DNA from: an uncultured Acidobacteriota bacterium
Lineage (GTDB): Bacteria > Acidobacteriota > Thermoanaerobaculia > Multivoradales > UBA5704
Direction of reading: 5' to 3'
Assembly: GCA_963700145.1 (NCBI GenBank)
Contig: OY969474.1
Coordinates: 640,001 to 704,000 of the forward strand
DNA: 64,000 nucleotides
Below the pieces are notes generated by a model. The model ran no database searches. It was given only the letters and a program-made list of their open reading frames with translations, and had not been told where the DNA came from. Made by a program: the position numbers and the translations under genes. Every line of letters begins with the position of its first letter. Within the stretch, counting starts at the first letter, position 1. Below, one piece after another: positions 25,775 through 35,864 of the stretch.

Positions 25775-26989
25775 ATGACATTGCCCAAACAGGCGACGGT
25801 ATTCTACTCATGGCAGTCCGACCTGCCCAACAAGACTAATCGCGGACTCATTGAGAAGGCGCTGCAATGGGCCCTGCAGGCATTGCACGATGCCGGGGAC
25901 TTCGACGTGGAACTCATCATCGATAGGGACACAAAGGGCATGCCTGGGTCACCGGACATAGCGGCCGCCATTCTCAGGAAAATCGATTCAGCGTCAATGT
26001 TTGTAGGCGATGTCTCTATCATCGCGACGTCCGCAGGTGGGCGGCCGTGCCCAAATCCAAACGTTCTCATCGAATTCGGCTACGCCCTGAAGTCACTGGG
26101 GGCCGACAATGTGATCCTCGTCTGTAATACAGCCTTCGGAAGCGTTGCAGAGTTGCCTTTTGACCTAAAAGGGAAAAGGATCGCACCCTACAGCTTGGGA
26201 CCTGATGAGGAACCTGCAACCAAACAGGAGGAGCTGGCCGCATTGTTTCGGGAGGCATTAGCGGACATCGCGAGGCACCAGCGACGTAGCAGAACATATC
26301 AACGAAATACTGAGTTCGCAACGGACCTCGTCTCGGCCCTTGTGCGTGTGCAACTCTTCGGCAACGAAGTCGAGGAACGCCGAGTTGATCCTTGGTTAGG
26401 CCAGATATTAGACGTTTTTGCAGGCGCATCGCAGTGGCTTAAGCAAAATTCGCATCAGTCAGCGGTTGCTGACCTCGAACTCATGGAGCCTATGGAACGA
26501 CTCGCATTCGCCTTGGATAAGGTCAGGGACCATGATCACGGTCTTGGTGGGGGCGGAAAGTTCACTGAAAAGGTCATGGCCGCGACGCGGGCCGCGGCGG
26601 AACTCCAAGCTACAATTAGGAACATGGGCCCACTAACTGAGGAGGCGGTTTCGGAGATTACCAGGGTAATTGTAGACCAGGAGAAGCAGCTGACTGGTTG
26701 GGTCAGGCGAACCATGGATCGGGACCTGCATCATTCGGAGCGCTACCGCGACTTTATCTCTGAGGTCAAAGAGATTGGCTATCAGCTGGGAACGCTGTCC
26801 TACTACCCTCTGGAGGGCCTGGAAGGGGAACCTGCAAAGCGCTTGCGGAAGATCGGAGAGTCTCTTCATCTTGTCGATCTGAAAGACAGTACGAGCCACC
26901 ACAGAGGTAGAGATGCGATAGTCAGCTTTGTCGCTGACAATGCGGCGGAACTTCGGAGCCTGATCCTGGGCCTTCGGCTCGAAAAGTAG
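25775..26989 (+). CDS. TIR-like (nucleoside 2-deoxyribosyltransferase-like) domain protein with helical C-terminus; candidate defence gene
   Basis: VFYSWQSD, GSPDI...KI...FVGDVS, PNPNVLIEFGYA, LPFDL; visibly lower GC than flanks. Confidence 0.75.
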   Translation: MTLPKQATVFYSWQSDLPNKTNRGLIEKALQWALQALHDAGDFDVELIIDRDTKGMPGSPDIAAAILRKIDSASMFVGDVSIIATSAGGRPCPNPNVLIEFGYALKSLGADNVILVCNTAFGSVAELPFDLKGKRIAPYSLGPDEEPATKQEELAALFREALADIARHQRRSRTYQRNTEFATDLVSALVRVQLFGNEVEERRVDPWLGQILDVFAGASQWLKQNSHQSAVADLELMEPMERLAFALDKVRDHDHGLGGGGKFTEKVMAATRAAAELQATIRNMGPLTEEAVSEITRVIVDQEKQLTGWVRRTMDRDLHHSERYRDFISEVKEIGYQLGTLSYYPLEGLEGEPAKRLRKIGESLHLVDLKDSTSHHRGRDAIVSFVADNAAELRSLILGLRLEK

Positions 26990-27116
26990 GCTGGAATAGA
27001 GCGGGGTATCGAACCTCGCGATGCTCCGGGCACCTGAGCTGGAGCCCAGGTGCCGGTCATCTTCCACTGCGCTTGGAGCCGGTCACTCGTCGACCGCGAA
27101 CGTGACCTCAGGTGCA

Positions 27117-27161
27117 CCCGAGATGCTGGTCAGAATCCTCGACAGTTGCGCGCTGAACGGC
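27117..27161 (+). pseudogene. Short remnant of the C-terminal domain of the 21.6-23.1 kb paralogues
   Basis: PEMLVRILDSCALNG versus PEMLVKVLDACAVNG. Confidence 0.5.
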
Positions 27162-27239
27162 GGGGATCGCCCCATGTCCACGCCGGCCAAGGACCCGCCG
27201 CGCGGGTTAGGCTCGCTCGATCAACTTGGGAGGCATACC

Positions 27240-27908
27240 GTGGCGATCGAGTTCAGCGCGACGGCTCGTCGGCTCGGAATCTTCTCGGCGGTGGGCGTCG
27301 TGGTCCTCGGGGCGGCCTATGCGGTCACCCTCGCGGTCGGGTTCCTGTCTCTCGAGTCTCCGTCGGAACCGATCGGCGACCCGATGTTCTCGATCCTCGA
27401 GGTCCTGATCCTCGCCATGACGCCGGCGATGGTCGCGCTCATGGTGGCGGTGCACGCTTGGGCGCCGCCGCACGCCAAGGCGCTCAGCCTGACCGCGGTC
27501 GTCTTCATGGGGCTGCTCGCCGGGGTGACCTGCAGCCTGCACTTCGTCATCTTGACGTTGAGCCGCCAGGCCGCCTTCGCCGGGCAGTCGTGGCTGCCGC
27601 TGGCGCTGTCGTTCAAGTGGCCGTCGGTCGCCTACGCGCTCGACATCCTCGCCTGGGACGTCTTCTTCGCGCTCTCGATGTTGTTTGCCGCCCCGGTCTT
27701 CGGCGGCAGTCGGCTCGCCGCATGGATCCGTGGGCTGATGACTGCCAGCGGAGTCCTCGCGCTCGCCGGTCTGAGCGGTGTCGCGGCCGGCGACATGCAG
27801 CTGCGCAACATCGGCATCGTCGGTGACCTAGGAGTCTTTCTGGTCGTCGCGGGGCTCCTGGCGGTCCTGTTCTATCGAGCCAGACCGGGAGCAGCGCCGG
27901 CGAGCTAG
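27240..27908 (+). CDS. Hypothetical six-TM membrane protein
   Basis: GGGAGG RBS then GTG at 27240; hydrophobic helices; SFKWPSVAYALDILAWD. Confidence 0.7.
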   Translation: MAIEFSATARRLGIFSAVGVVVLGAAYAVTLAVGFLSLESPSEPIGDPMFSILEVLILAMTPAMVALMVAVHAWAPPHAKALSLTAVVFMGLLAGVTCSLHFVILTLSRQAAFAGQSWLPLALSFKWPSVAYALDILAWDVFFALSMLFAAPVFGGSRLAAWIRGLMTASGVLALAGLSGVAAGDMQLRNIGIVGDLGVFLVVAGLLAVLFYRARPGAAPAS

Positions 27909-28292
27909 CAACGGGCCCGCGAACAGCGTCAGCAGGAACACCGGCCAGAGCCGCCCGTGCGGCAGGTCGAAGGCGGCGAGGAGCTCGGTCATCGGCACGC
28001 CGAGGGCGAGGTGGAAGACGCCGAATTCGAAGAGCAGGGTCAGGACGACCCAGGCGACGCCGAGGACCAACGCCTGCCGGCGCGTGGGGCGCGTGGCGCG
28101 CACGAACCAGACGATCAGCGCTAGGACGGCGGCGGAGGCGACGACCGTCTCGAGCTGCTCGGCGCGGAGGGCGCCGAGGCGCGGCCGCAGCAGCGCCTCG
28201 CGCACCGCACCGAGCGCCACGACGACGGCGCCGAAGCCGAGCCAGGCCACGAACCCCTTGGCGTAGATGCCGGCGCGGGTCGCCATGCTCAT
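27828..28292 (-). CDS. Hypothetical membrane protein
   Basis: GAVREALLRPRLG, LTLLFEFG, GRLWP. Confidence 0.65.
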   Translation of the reverse strand: MSMATRAGIYAKGFVAWLGFGAVVVALGAVREALLRPRLGALRAEQLETVVASAAVLALIVWFVRATRPTRRQALVLGVAWVVLTLLFEFGVFHLALGVPMTELLAAFDLPHGRLWPVFLLTLFAGPLLARRRCSRSGSIEQDRQEPRDDQKDS

Positions 28293-28322
28293 TCAGGCAG
28301 CCGGGCGCGCGCCGCGAGGCGC

Positions 28323-28526
28323 TTACTCGTCGACCACGAAGGTGACCTTCAGGTGCACCCGGAAGACCTTGACCTCGTCGCCGGAGACCTTGACGAGCTG
28401 GTCCTGGACCCAGGCGCGCTTGATGTTCTTGACCGTCTTGCCCGCCTTGCGGATGCCGTCGCGGATCGCGTCCTCGAAGCTGACGGGGGAGTCGCTGCTG
28501 ATCTCGATGATCTTGGCCACGGACAT
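28323..28526 (-). CDS. Dodecin-family flavin-binding protein (copy 1)
   Basis: MSVAKIIEISSDSPVSFEDAIRDG...FRVHLKVTFVVDE; AAGGAG RBS. Confidence 0.9.
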   Translation of the reverse strand: MSVAKIIEISSDSPVSFEDAIRDGIRKAGKTVKNIKRAWVQDQLVKVSGDEVKVFRVHLKVTFVVDE

Positions 28527-28563
28527 GAGGTTCTCCTTTGGTTGGTGACTTTCGGTGTGTACC

Positions 28564-28812
28564 CTAGCGGTCCCGCCGCACTTCCCGGTCGACGCGGTCG
28601 ACGAAGAGGTACAGGCCGGCGCCGGCAAGGAGCAGGACGGCCGAGGCCACCGCCGCCGGCAGCACGCCCTCGCGGTGACCGGCGAGGTAGGCCTCGAGGG
28701 TGGCGGTGAGCAGCCACATCTGGACGACGAGCAGGATGGCGATGAGCGCCAGGGCGCCGTCGATCGCGGTGGCGCCGCGGCGCGCGGCGGGGAAGCGCCT
28801 GGGGTCGTCCAT
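28564..28812 (-). CDS. Small two-TM protein (DUF6755-like), last gene of the nitrate reductase module
   Basis: LLVVQMWLLTATLEAYLAG. Confidence 0.7.
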   Translation of the reverse strand: MDDPRRFPAARRGATAIDGALALIAILLVVQMWLLTATLEAYLAGHREGVLPAAVASAVLLLAGAGLYLFVDRVDREVRRDR

Positions 28813-28816
28813 CGCT

Positions 28817-29329
28817 TCAGGCCTCCGGGCGCAGCTCCATCCCCACCGCGATCAGCTCGTCGCCGCGGCGCTCCAGCACGACGCGCGGCAGCGGCCGCTG
28901 CGGCGGCCCCTGGAGCACGCGGCCGTCCCGGGCCGAGAAGTACCCTTCGTGGCAGGGGCACTCGAGACGGTCCGCGCCGCGCGCGTAGTAGACGGCGCAG
29001 GAGAGGTGGGTGCACTTCTGGCTGAAGGCGGCGTACTCCTCCGGCGCGCGGCGGACGAGGATGCAGGGGTCCTCCGGGCCCGGGTAGCGGAAGAGCTTGA
29101 CCCCGCCGACCGGCACCTCGCCGAGGCGCGCGACCGGCCGCCGCGGGTAGGCCGGCGTGCGGGAGAGCCAGCTCTTGGCCAGGATCCAGACGTTGCCGGC
29201 GAACATCCCCAGGCTGGTGAGGACCAGGAACTTGGCGAACTGCCGGCGGTTGACGTAGCGCTCGTCGGCGCCGTGGACCGAGAACTCCTCGCGCCAGAGC
29301 GGCTCGGCGCTCGGCCGGCGGAGGCTCAC
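28817..29329 (-). CDS. Membrane-anchored Rieske [2Fe-2S] protein
   Basis: NRRQFAKFL twin-Arg-like motif plus TM; CTHLSC...CPCHEG; GTG at 29329. Confidence 0.9.
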   Translation of the reverse strand: MSLRRPSAEPLWREEFSVHGADERYVNRRQFAKFLVLTSLGMFAGNVWILAKSWLSRTPAYPRRPVARLGEVPVGGVKLFRYPGPEDPCILVRRAPEEYAAFSQKCTHLSCAVYYARGADRLECPCHEGYFSARDGRVLQGPPQRPLPRVVLERRGDELIAVGMELRPEA

Positions 29330-29919
29330 GCCCGCCCCTCCTCGCCCGGCGGCTCCCAGAGGTAGTCGGTGACGTCCACCTCGACCGCCCGCGCAGCGGG
29401 CGGCGCCATCATGAAGACCCGCGTCGTCACCGTCTGGTTGCCGAAACGGAAGACGTTGACCGGCGCCTCGCGCCGCTCCCGCGCGATCCGCTCGGGCGGC
29501 ACGTAGGCGAGCGCCTGGCTGGGGCAGACGGTGGCGCACATCGGCCGCAGCCCGACCGACGTGCGGTCGTAGCACATGTCGCACTTCATCATCAGCTCGA
29601 GCTTGGCCATCATCTTGGGGATGCCGAAGGGGCAGGCGAGCACGCAGTTGGAGCAGGCGATGCAGCGCGGCTTGAGCGCCGACTGGACGACGCCGTCCTC
29701 CCCCTTCTTGATGGCGTCGGCCGGGCAGACCTCGGCGCAGGTGGGGTCGTCGCAGTGCATGCAGATGGCGGGCGCGGTGGCGATGCTGTTCGGGCGGTCG
29801 AGGTAGTCGACGGTGATCAGCGGCGTGCCGCGGTGGGTGTCGCACTCGGCGCAGGCGTTGACGCAGGCCTGGCAGCCGATGCAGCGCTCCGGGTCGATGT
29901 AGAACTCGTGGCCGAACAT
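29326..29919 (-). CDS. Multi-[4Fe-4S] ferredoxin subunit (DmsB/NrfC-like)
   Basis: [41 protein letters not shown]...CATVCP. Confidence 0.92.
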   Translation of the reverse strand: MFGHEFYIDPERCIGCQACVNACAECDTHRGTPLITVDYLDRPNSIATAPAICMHCDDPTCAEVCPADAIKKGEDGVVQSALKPRCIACSNCVLACPFGIPKMMAKLELMMKCDMCYDRTSVGLRPMCATVCPSQALAYVPPERIARERREAPVNVFRFGNQTVTTRVFMMAPPAARAVEVDVTDYLWEPPGEEGRA

Positions 29920-29924
29920 GGCGC

Positions 29925-32177
29925 TTACCCCACCACCCGCAGGCCGCCGCCGCCGGGGCGCGGCTGGCCGGGGGAGAGTTCGCTGCGCACCCACTCGGGC
30001 GGCCCCGCGGCCTTGCGCAGGCGGCAGGCGGAGACCTTGTACTCCGGGATCTTGCTGCGCGGGTCGAGCGTGCGGTGGGTCAGGCGGTTGACGCTCCGCC
30101 CGCCCGGCCAGTGGTAGGCGATGAAGACGGTGTCCGGCCGGATGGTGCGCACCACCATCGCCTGCAGGGTGATCTCGTCCCGCCGGGTGACGACCGTCAC
30201 CCAGTCGCCGTCGGCGATGCCGTGCTCGGCCGCCAGCCGGGGGTGGATCTCGACGCGCGGGTGGGGGAACTGGTCGACCAGCGGCCCGATGCGCCGGGTC
30301 TGGGTGCCGGAGAGGTACTGGCTGACGACGCGGCCGGTCGTCAGGTAGACGGGGAACTCGCCGTCCACCGGATCGCCGCTCTCGCGCCACTCGGTGACCA
30401 GGAAGCGCGCCTTGCCGTCGGGGTGGAAGAAGCGCCCGCCCTCGAAGAGGCGCGGTGTGCCCGGGTGGTCCTCGCTCGGGCAGGGCCAGAAGACCCCCAT
30501 CTGGCGGTCGATCTTCTCGTAGGTGATGCCGGCGTAGTCGGCCGGCCCGCCGCGCGACGCCTCGCGCAGCTCGTCGAAGATCTCGCGCGTCGAGGCGTAG
30601 GGGAAGTGCTCCCCCTTCCCCAGCCGCCGCGCCAGCTCGATGAAGATGCGGCTGTCGGGCCAGGCGTCTCCCGGCGGATCGACCGCCTTGCGGATGTGCA
30701 GCACCCGGCCCTCGGCGCTGGCCACGACACCCTCCTCCTCCTCGTGCAGGCTGCCCGCCAGCACCACGTCGGCGAGCTGCGCCGTCTCCGAGAGGAAGAA
30801 GTCGACGACGGCGAAGAATTCGAGCCGCTCCAGCGCCTCGCGGACGAAGTTGGCGTCGGGCAGCGAGACGAGGGGGTTGAAGCAGATCGAGACCAGGGCC
30901 TTGATCTCGCCGCGGTGGATCGCCTCCATGATCTCCATCGCCGAGAGCCCGGCCCCCGGGATCTCCTCGGGGGAGACGCCCCAGACCCGCGCCACGTGCT
31001 CGCGGGCGGCGGGGTCGGCGATCGAGCGCTGCCCAGGGAGCTGGTCGCACTTCTGGCCGTGCTCGCGCCCTCCCTGGCCGTTGCCCTGGCCGGTGATCAT
31101 CGAGCAGCCGGCGCCCTCGCGGCCGATGTGGCCGGTGGCGAGCGCCAGGTTGATGACGGCCAGGCAGTTCTCGACCCCCTTCGACTGGTGCTCCAGGCCG
31201 CGCGCGTGGAGCAGGACGGCGCGCTCCGCCTCGCCGATCCAGTGCGCCGCCTGCTCGATCGCCGCCGGCGGCACGCCGGTCATGCGGGCGGCGGTGAGCG
31301 GGTCCCAGGCGCGCACCGACTCGGCCACCGCCTCGAAGCCGGTGGTGTGGGCGGCGATGAACTCCTTGGCTTCCAGGCCGTCGCGCAGCACGACGTGCAG
31401 CATGCCCATGAGGAGGGCGAGGTCCGTCCCCGGGCGGAGCGGCAGGTAGAGGTCGGCGTTGCGGGTGATCGGGGTCAGGCGCGGGTCGGCGACGATCAGC
31501 CGCCCGCCGCGGTCGCGGCAGCGCCAGAGGTACTGGGTGGTGATCGGCGCGCACTCGGCGATGTTGGCGCCGATGACGAAGGCCACCTGCGCCTCGGGGA
31601 TGTCGCTCCAGGGGATGGGCGAGCGGTCGACGCCGAAGGCGAGCTTGTAGGCCGTGCCCGCCGAGACCATGCAGAGGCGGCCGTTGTAGTCGATGTGCCG
31701 CGTCCCCAGGGCGAGACGGGCGAACTTGCCGATGAGGTAGGACTTCTCGGTGATCAGCGACGCGCCGCCGTAGACCGCGACGGCGTCCTTGCCCCAGCGC
31801 GCCTGCACCTCGCGCAGGCGGCGGACGGTCGTGTCCAGCGCCTCGTCCCAACCGGCGGGGCGGAAGCCGCCGGGCTCGCGCAGCAGCGGCTGGAGGAGCC
31901 GGTCGGGGTGGGCGCTCTGGAGATAGCGGCGCACGCCCTTCGGGCAGAGCATCCCCTCGTTGAACGGGAACTCCTCCCAGGGCTCGAAGCCCACCAACTG
32001 GTTGTCGCGCACCTTGAGCTGGATGCCGCACTGCTGGCCGCAGAAGCAGCAGTGGGTCTTGACCAGCCGGTCGGGCGGGTTCGCGCGCTGCTCCTCGAAG
32101 CCGCCGGGCGGCTCGTAGGCGAGCCGCGGGCCGTAGCGTGCCATCAGCGCCGCGGCGTCGAGCGGCGGCTCAGCCAC
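29925..32177 (-). CDS. Mo-bisPGD oxidoreductase, Nas/Nap-type nitrate reductase catalytic subunit
   Basis: HCCFCGQQC...CPKG [4Fe-4S]; NGRLCM active site (Cys-Met as in nitrate reductases); [10 protein letters not shown]; LTTGR; no Tat leader. Confidence 0.85.
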   Translation of the reverse strand: MAEPPLDAAALMARYGPRLAYEPPGGFEEQRANPPDRLVKTHCCFCGQQCGIQLKVRDNQLVGFEPWEEFPFNEGMLCPKGVRRYLQSAHPDRLLQPLLREPGGFRPAGWDEALDTTVRRLREVQARWGKDAVAVYGGASLITEKSYLIGKFARLALGTRHIDYNGRLCMVSAGTAYKLAFGVDRSPIPWSDIPEAQVAFVIGANIAECAPITTQYLWRCRDRGGRLIVADPRLTPITRNADLYLPLRPGTDLALLMGMLHVVLRDGLEAKEFIAAHTTGFEAVAESVRAWDPLTAARMTGVPPAAIEQAAHWIGEAERAVLLHARGLEHQSKGVENCLAVINLALATGHIGREGAGCSMITGQGNGQGGREHGQKCDQLPGQRSIADPAAREHVARVWGVSPEEIPGAGLSAMEIMEAIHRGEIKALVSICFNPLVSLPDANFVREALERLEFFAVVDFFLSETAQLADVVLAGSLHEEEEGVVASAEGRVLHIRKAVDPPGDAWPDSRIFIELARRLGKGEHFPYASTREIFDELREASRGGPADYAGITYEKIDRQMGVFWPCPSEDHPGTPRLFEGGRFFHPDGKARFLVTEWRESGDPVDGEFPVYLTTGRVVSQYLSGTQTRRIGPLVDQFPHPRVEIHPRLAAEHGIADGDWVTVVTRRDEITLQAMVVRTIRPDTVFIAYHWPGGRSVNRLTHRTLDPRSKIPEYKVSACRLRKAAGPPEWVRSELSPGQPRPGGGGLRVVG

Positions 32178-34404
32178 GGGCCTCCTCCTTCAAGCGGAGC
32201 TGCGCGTTGGCCAGGGTCTTCCGCTTGCACGCCGGGCAGAGGTCCTGCCAATGGCCGCCCGTCAGGGCATAGTCGAAGCCCAGCTCGCGCAGCGCCAGCT
32301 TGAGGTCCTCGACGTGCATGCGCGAGCCGAAGCGCTCGCCGCAGCGGGCGCAGGTGGCCCCTTCCCCCTCGTCGCCCACCTGGTGGTAGAGCTTGACGCC
32401 GAGCTGGGCGGGACGCTGGAAGATGTGGAAGAACTTGCCGAAGGGCAGGTAGAGGAGGGCGGCGACCACGGTGACGGCGTGGAGGATGGCGAGGAAGCCG
32501 TAGAAGCTCCCCGCCAGCCAGACCGTCGAGGCGGTCAGGGCCAGGCCGGTCACCGAGATGGCGAAGAGCAGGACGAGCGGGAAGAAGTCGCGCCCGAAGT
32601 TCTGCACCGCCCGCGCCCCGCGGTCCGTCATCCGCCGCCAGAGGGCGAGGCCGATGCCGCCCAGCACCAGCACCGCCGCGATGTCGAGGCCGTGGAAGAG
32701 CAGCCACGACCAGACGGTGCGGATGCGGAAGGAGCCGGTGGGGAAGCCGAAGAGGTAAGTGACGTAAGTCATCTGGTCCCCGCCGGCGCTGCCGAAGTGG
32801 ATCCAGCCGAAGACCAGCGGGAAGGTGATCGCCGCCGCCAGCAGGCAGCCCCAGAAGAGGAGCTGGTGCATCCACCAGCGCTGCCTCGAGCGCTGGCGGA
32901 TGAAGCTTTGCGCCGCGAGGTGCGTCCAGGCGAGCGGCAGCAGGCTGCGGAGGCTGCGCGCCGGCCCCAGCCGCCGGGCGAGCTGCCAGCCGCGGCGCCA
33001 GTAGATCCGCGTCGGCGGCTTCTGCAGCCAGACCCAGTAGTGGTAGGCCACGCCCCAGGTCGCGAAGACGACGGCGAAGGTGTAGACCACCAGCGCGGGA
33101 TCGAAGTTCTGCAGCTTGCGCGAGCCGACGACGATGGCGGCGGCCAGGAGCGCGGTCCAGAAGGTCGCCCAGGCGCCGGCGCGCAGGCGGTCGGCGGTGC
33201 GGGTGAGCTCGGGCGGCAGCGCCAGCTCGAGCGCCTCCTGCCGCGCCAGGAAGACGCGGCGGGCGATCCACCAGAGCAGCAGCGACGTGGCGGCGAGGAG
33301 CGCGAAGCCCGGCCAGATCACCCCCAGGCGGTCGCGGAAGAGGCCGAGCAGCAGCGGCGGGAAGAAGCCCCCGAGGCCGCCCATCGCGCCGACCAGGCCG
33401 GTGACGGTGGCGGTCTCCTGCGGGAAGTACTGCGGCACCAGCTTGAAGACCGCGCCGTTGCCGAGGCCGAGGAGCGCCGCGCAGCCGAGCGCCCCGACGG
33501 TGAAGGGGAGCATCGCCGGCCAGGTCAGGAGGAGGGCGAACGGGACGACGCCGAGGAAGACGCCGGCGACGACGCGCGCGCCGCCGATGCGGTCCGCGAG
33601 CCAGCCGCCGACGGGCCGCAGCAGGGTCGCCAGCAGCACGAACCCGGCGGCGCGGAACCCGGCGTCGGCCGCAGACAGCCCGAAGTCGTCGCGCAGCAGG
33701 CTCGGCAGGTAGATCGCGAAGGCGACGAAGCCGCCGAAGGTCAGGAAGTAGAAGAGGGCCAGGACCCACGCGAGCCGCGAGCGCAGCACCCGCAGCAGCG
33801 GCGCCAACCCCTGCGGTCGGGGAGCGGCCGGCGCGTTGCGGGCCAGCAGGGCCCAGACGATCCCCCAGGCGACGAGCAGGACGGCGACGCCGCGGAAGAC
33901 ACTCTGCCAGCCGATCGCCGCCGCCGCCAGCGGCCCGAGGAAGACTGCCGCCGACTGCCCGACGTTGCCCAAGCCGTAGACGCCGAGCGCTCCCCCCTGG
34001 CGCGCCGCCGGCGTCCAGCGCGAAACGTAGCCGACGCCCACGGGGAAGGTGGTGCCGGCGATCCCCAGGCAGAAGGCGGCGGCGAGGAGCTGGCCGAAGC
34101 CGTCGGCGTGCGGCACCAGCCAGACCGGCACGGCGGCCAGCGGCAGCAGGACGGCGAAGACCAGCCGGCCCCCGAAGCGGTCGGCGAGCATGCCGGCCGG
34201 CAGGCGCCCGACCGCGCCCAGGAGGACGGGCAAGGCGACGAGCAGCGCGGTGCGCGTGGCGCTGAGCGCGAAGAGCTCGCGGAAACGCGGCGCGAACGCG
34301 CCGATCAACCCCCAGGCGGCGAAGGAGACGGCGAACGAAACGGTGGCGAGGGCGAGATGGCGGGGCGAGGAAGGGGCCGGGGGAGTGGCGGCAGTCGACG
34401 TCAC
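32170..34404 (-). CDS. NarK-type nitrate/nitrite MFS transporter fused to a NarI-like haem-b membrane domain with C-terminal CxxC pair
   Basis: GGALGVYGLGNVG, YFLTFGGFVAF, GLGNGAVFKLVP, GAMGGLGGFFPP; then WWMHQ, LFHG, LHAVT...LPFGKFFHIF; CARC...CPAC. Confidence 0.85.
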   Translation of the reverse strand: MTSTAATPPAPSSPRHLALATVSFAVSFAAWGLIGAFAPRFRELFALSATRTALLVALPVLLGAVGRLPAGMLADRFGGRLVFAVLLPLAAVPVWLVPHADGFGQLLAAAFCLGIAGTTFPVGVGYVSRWTPAARQGGALGVYGLGNVGQSAAVFLGPLAAAAIGWQSVFRGVAVLLVAWGIVWALLARNAPAAPRPQGLAPLLRVLRSRLAWVLALFYFLTFGGFVAFAIYLPSLLRDDFGLSAADAGFRAAGFVLLATLLRPVGGWLADRIGGARVVAGVFLGVVPFALLLTWPAMLPFTVGALGCAALLGLGNGAVFKLVPQYFPQETATVTGLVGAMGGLGGFFPPLLLGLFRDRLGVIWPGFALLAATSLLLWWIARRVFLARQEALELALPPELTRTADRLRAGAWATFWTALLAAAIVVGSRKLQNFDPALVVYTFAVVFATWGVAYHYWVWLQKPPTRIYWRRGWQLARRLGPARSLRSLLPLAWTHLAAQSFIRQRSRQRWWMHQLLFWGCLLAAAITFPLVFGWIHFGSAGGDQMTYVTYLFGFPTGSFRIRTVWSWLLFHGLDIAAVLVLGGIGLALWRRMTDRGARAVQNFGRDFFPLVLLFAISVTGLALTASTVWLAGSFYGFLAILHAVTVVAALLYLPFGKFFHIFQRPAQLGVKLYHQVGDEGEGATCARCGERFGSRMHVEDLKLALRELGFDYALTGGHWQDLCPACKRKTLANAQLRLKEEARG

Positions 34405-34502
34405 GGGGCTCTGTCGGCTCGCCCGAGTTCTACCACAACGCGGGCGGGCCTTCGAGGGACGGGTGCTAGAGTTTCGGCGTGCTCTCCAGTCCCGAGAGCC
34501 CG

Positions 34503-35855
34503 ATGAGCCTGCGCGCCTTGCGCGGCGTGGCGCTGCTCGGCCTGGTGCTCTTCGTCGCCCTGCTCGAGGTGACGCGGCACGTCCTTTACCGCTATCTCGA
34601 CACCGCGCTGGGGCACCTGCTGATGGACGCCGTCGTTGTCCTCGGCGCGCTAGTCTTCTTCGCCGCGGTCTTCCAGCTCGTCGGGCAGCTCCAGCGCCAA
34701 CTGGCGCGCCAGAACGAGGAGCTCCTGGCGCTCCACCGCGCCGGCCTCGACATCCACGGCGAGCTGGCGCTCGACGCTGTGCTGCAGAAGGTGGTCGACC
34801 AGGCCGCCCATCTCCTCGACGCCCGCTACGGGGCGCTCTCGGTCATCGATGAGCAGGACAGGATCGAGACCTTCGTCACCTCGGGGATCACCCCCGAGGA
34901 GCGGGCGCGGATCGGCGACCCGCCGCGCGGCCACGGCGTCCTCGGCGTGCCGCTGCACGAGGGGCAGCGGCTGCGCCTCCCCGACCTGGCGCGGCACCCC
35001 CGCTCGTCGGGCTTCCCGCCGCACCACCCGCCGATGCGCTCGCTCCTCGCCGTCCCCGTGCCCTGCAAGGGGGGCTTCCGCGGCAACCTCTACCTGGCCG
35101 AGAAGCGCGCCGAGCAGGAGTTCTCGGCCTCCGACGAGGAGACGCTGGTGCGCTTCGCCACGCAGGCCGCGATCGCCATCGACAACGCCCAGCTCCACCA
35201 GCGGCTGCGCGCCCTGGCGGTGGCCGAGGAGCGGCTGCGCATCGCCCACGACATGCACGACGGCCTGGCGCAGGTGCTCGCCTACGTCAACACCAAGGCG
35301 CAGGCGGTCCAGGAGTTCCTCCGCGCCGGGAAGCCCGAGACCGCGGACGCCCAGCTCGAGGAGCTGGCGGCCGCCGCCCGCGAGGTCTACGCCGACGTGC
35401 GCGAGGGGATCATCGACCTGCGCACGGTCCAGGACCCGGAGCGCACCCTGACCGAGTCGCTCCGCGCCTACGTGGCCGACTGGCAGGACCGCAGCGGCGT
35501 CCGCGCCGAGCTCCTGGCCGACGCGGACCTGGCGCTGCCGCCGGCCGCGGAGGTGCAGCTCGCGCGCATCGTGCAGGAGGCGCTGACCAACGTCCGCAAG
35601 CACGCGCACGCCCGGGCGGTGCGGGTGGAGATCCGCGGCGGCAAGGACCGCCTGCTGCTGACGGTGGCCGACGACGGCCTCGGCTTCGATCCGGCGCAGC
35701 AGCGGCCGTCGGAGCTCCCGCGCTTCGGCCTCGCCACTATGCGCGAGCGCGCCGAGAGCGTCGGCGGGCGGCTGGAGATCGACTCCGCGCCCGGCGCCGG
35801 CACCAGCGTGCGCGTGGACCTGCCGCTCGGCGCCGCCGCGCGGGCGGCTTCCTAG
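34503..35855 (+). CDS. Sensor histidine kinase: 2 TM, DosS/DosT-like haem GAF, HisKA_3, HATPase
   Basis: ARYGAL...GHGVLG...HPRSSGFPPHHPPMRSLLAVPV...GNLYL; ERLRIAHDMHDGLAQ; QEALTNVRKHA; DDGLGF. Confidence 0.9.
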   Translation: MSLRALRGVALLGLVLFVALLEVTRHVLYRYLDTALGHLLMDAVVVLGALVFFAAVFQLVGQLQRQLARQNEELLALHRAGLDIHGELALDAVLQKVVDQAAHLLDARYGALSVIDEQDRIETFVTSGITPEERARIGDPPRGHGVLGVPLHEGQRLRLPDLARHPRSSGFPPHHPPMRSLLAVPVPCKGGFRGNLYLAEKRAEQEFSASDEETLVRFATQAAIAIDNAQLHQRLRALAVAEERLRIAHDMHDGLAQVLAYVNTKAQAVQEFLRAGKPETADAQLEELAAAAREVYADVREGIIDLRTVQDPERTLTESLRAYVADWQDRSGVRAELLADADLALPPAAEVQLARIVQEALTNVRKHAHARAVRVEIRGGKDRLLLTVADDGLGFDPAQQRPSELPRFGLATMRERAESVGGRLEIDSAPGAGTSVRVDLPLGAAARAAS

Positions 35856-35864
35856 GAGAGACCG

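Noticed and set aside
29925-32177. Formate dehydrogenase or periplasmic NapA
   Set aside because: Active site is RLCM rather than Cys/Sec-His; there is no Tat leader and no napB/napD
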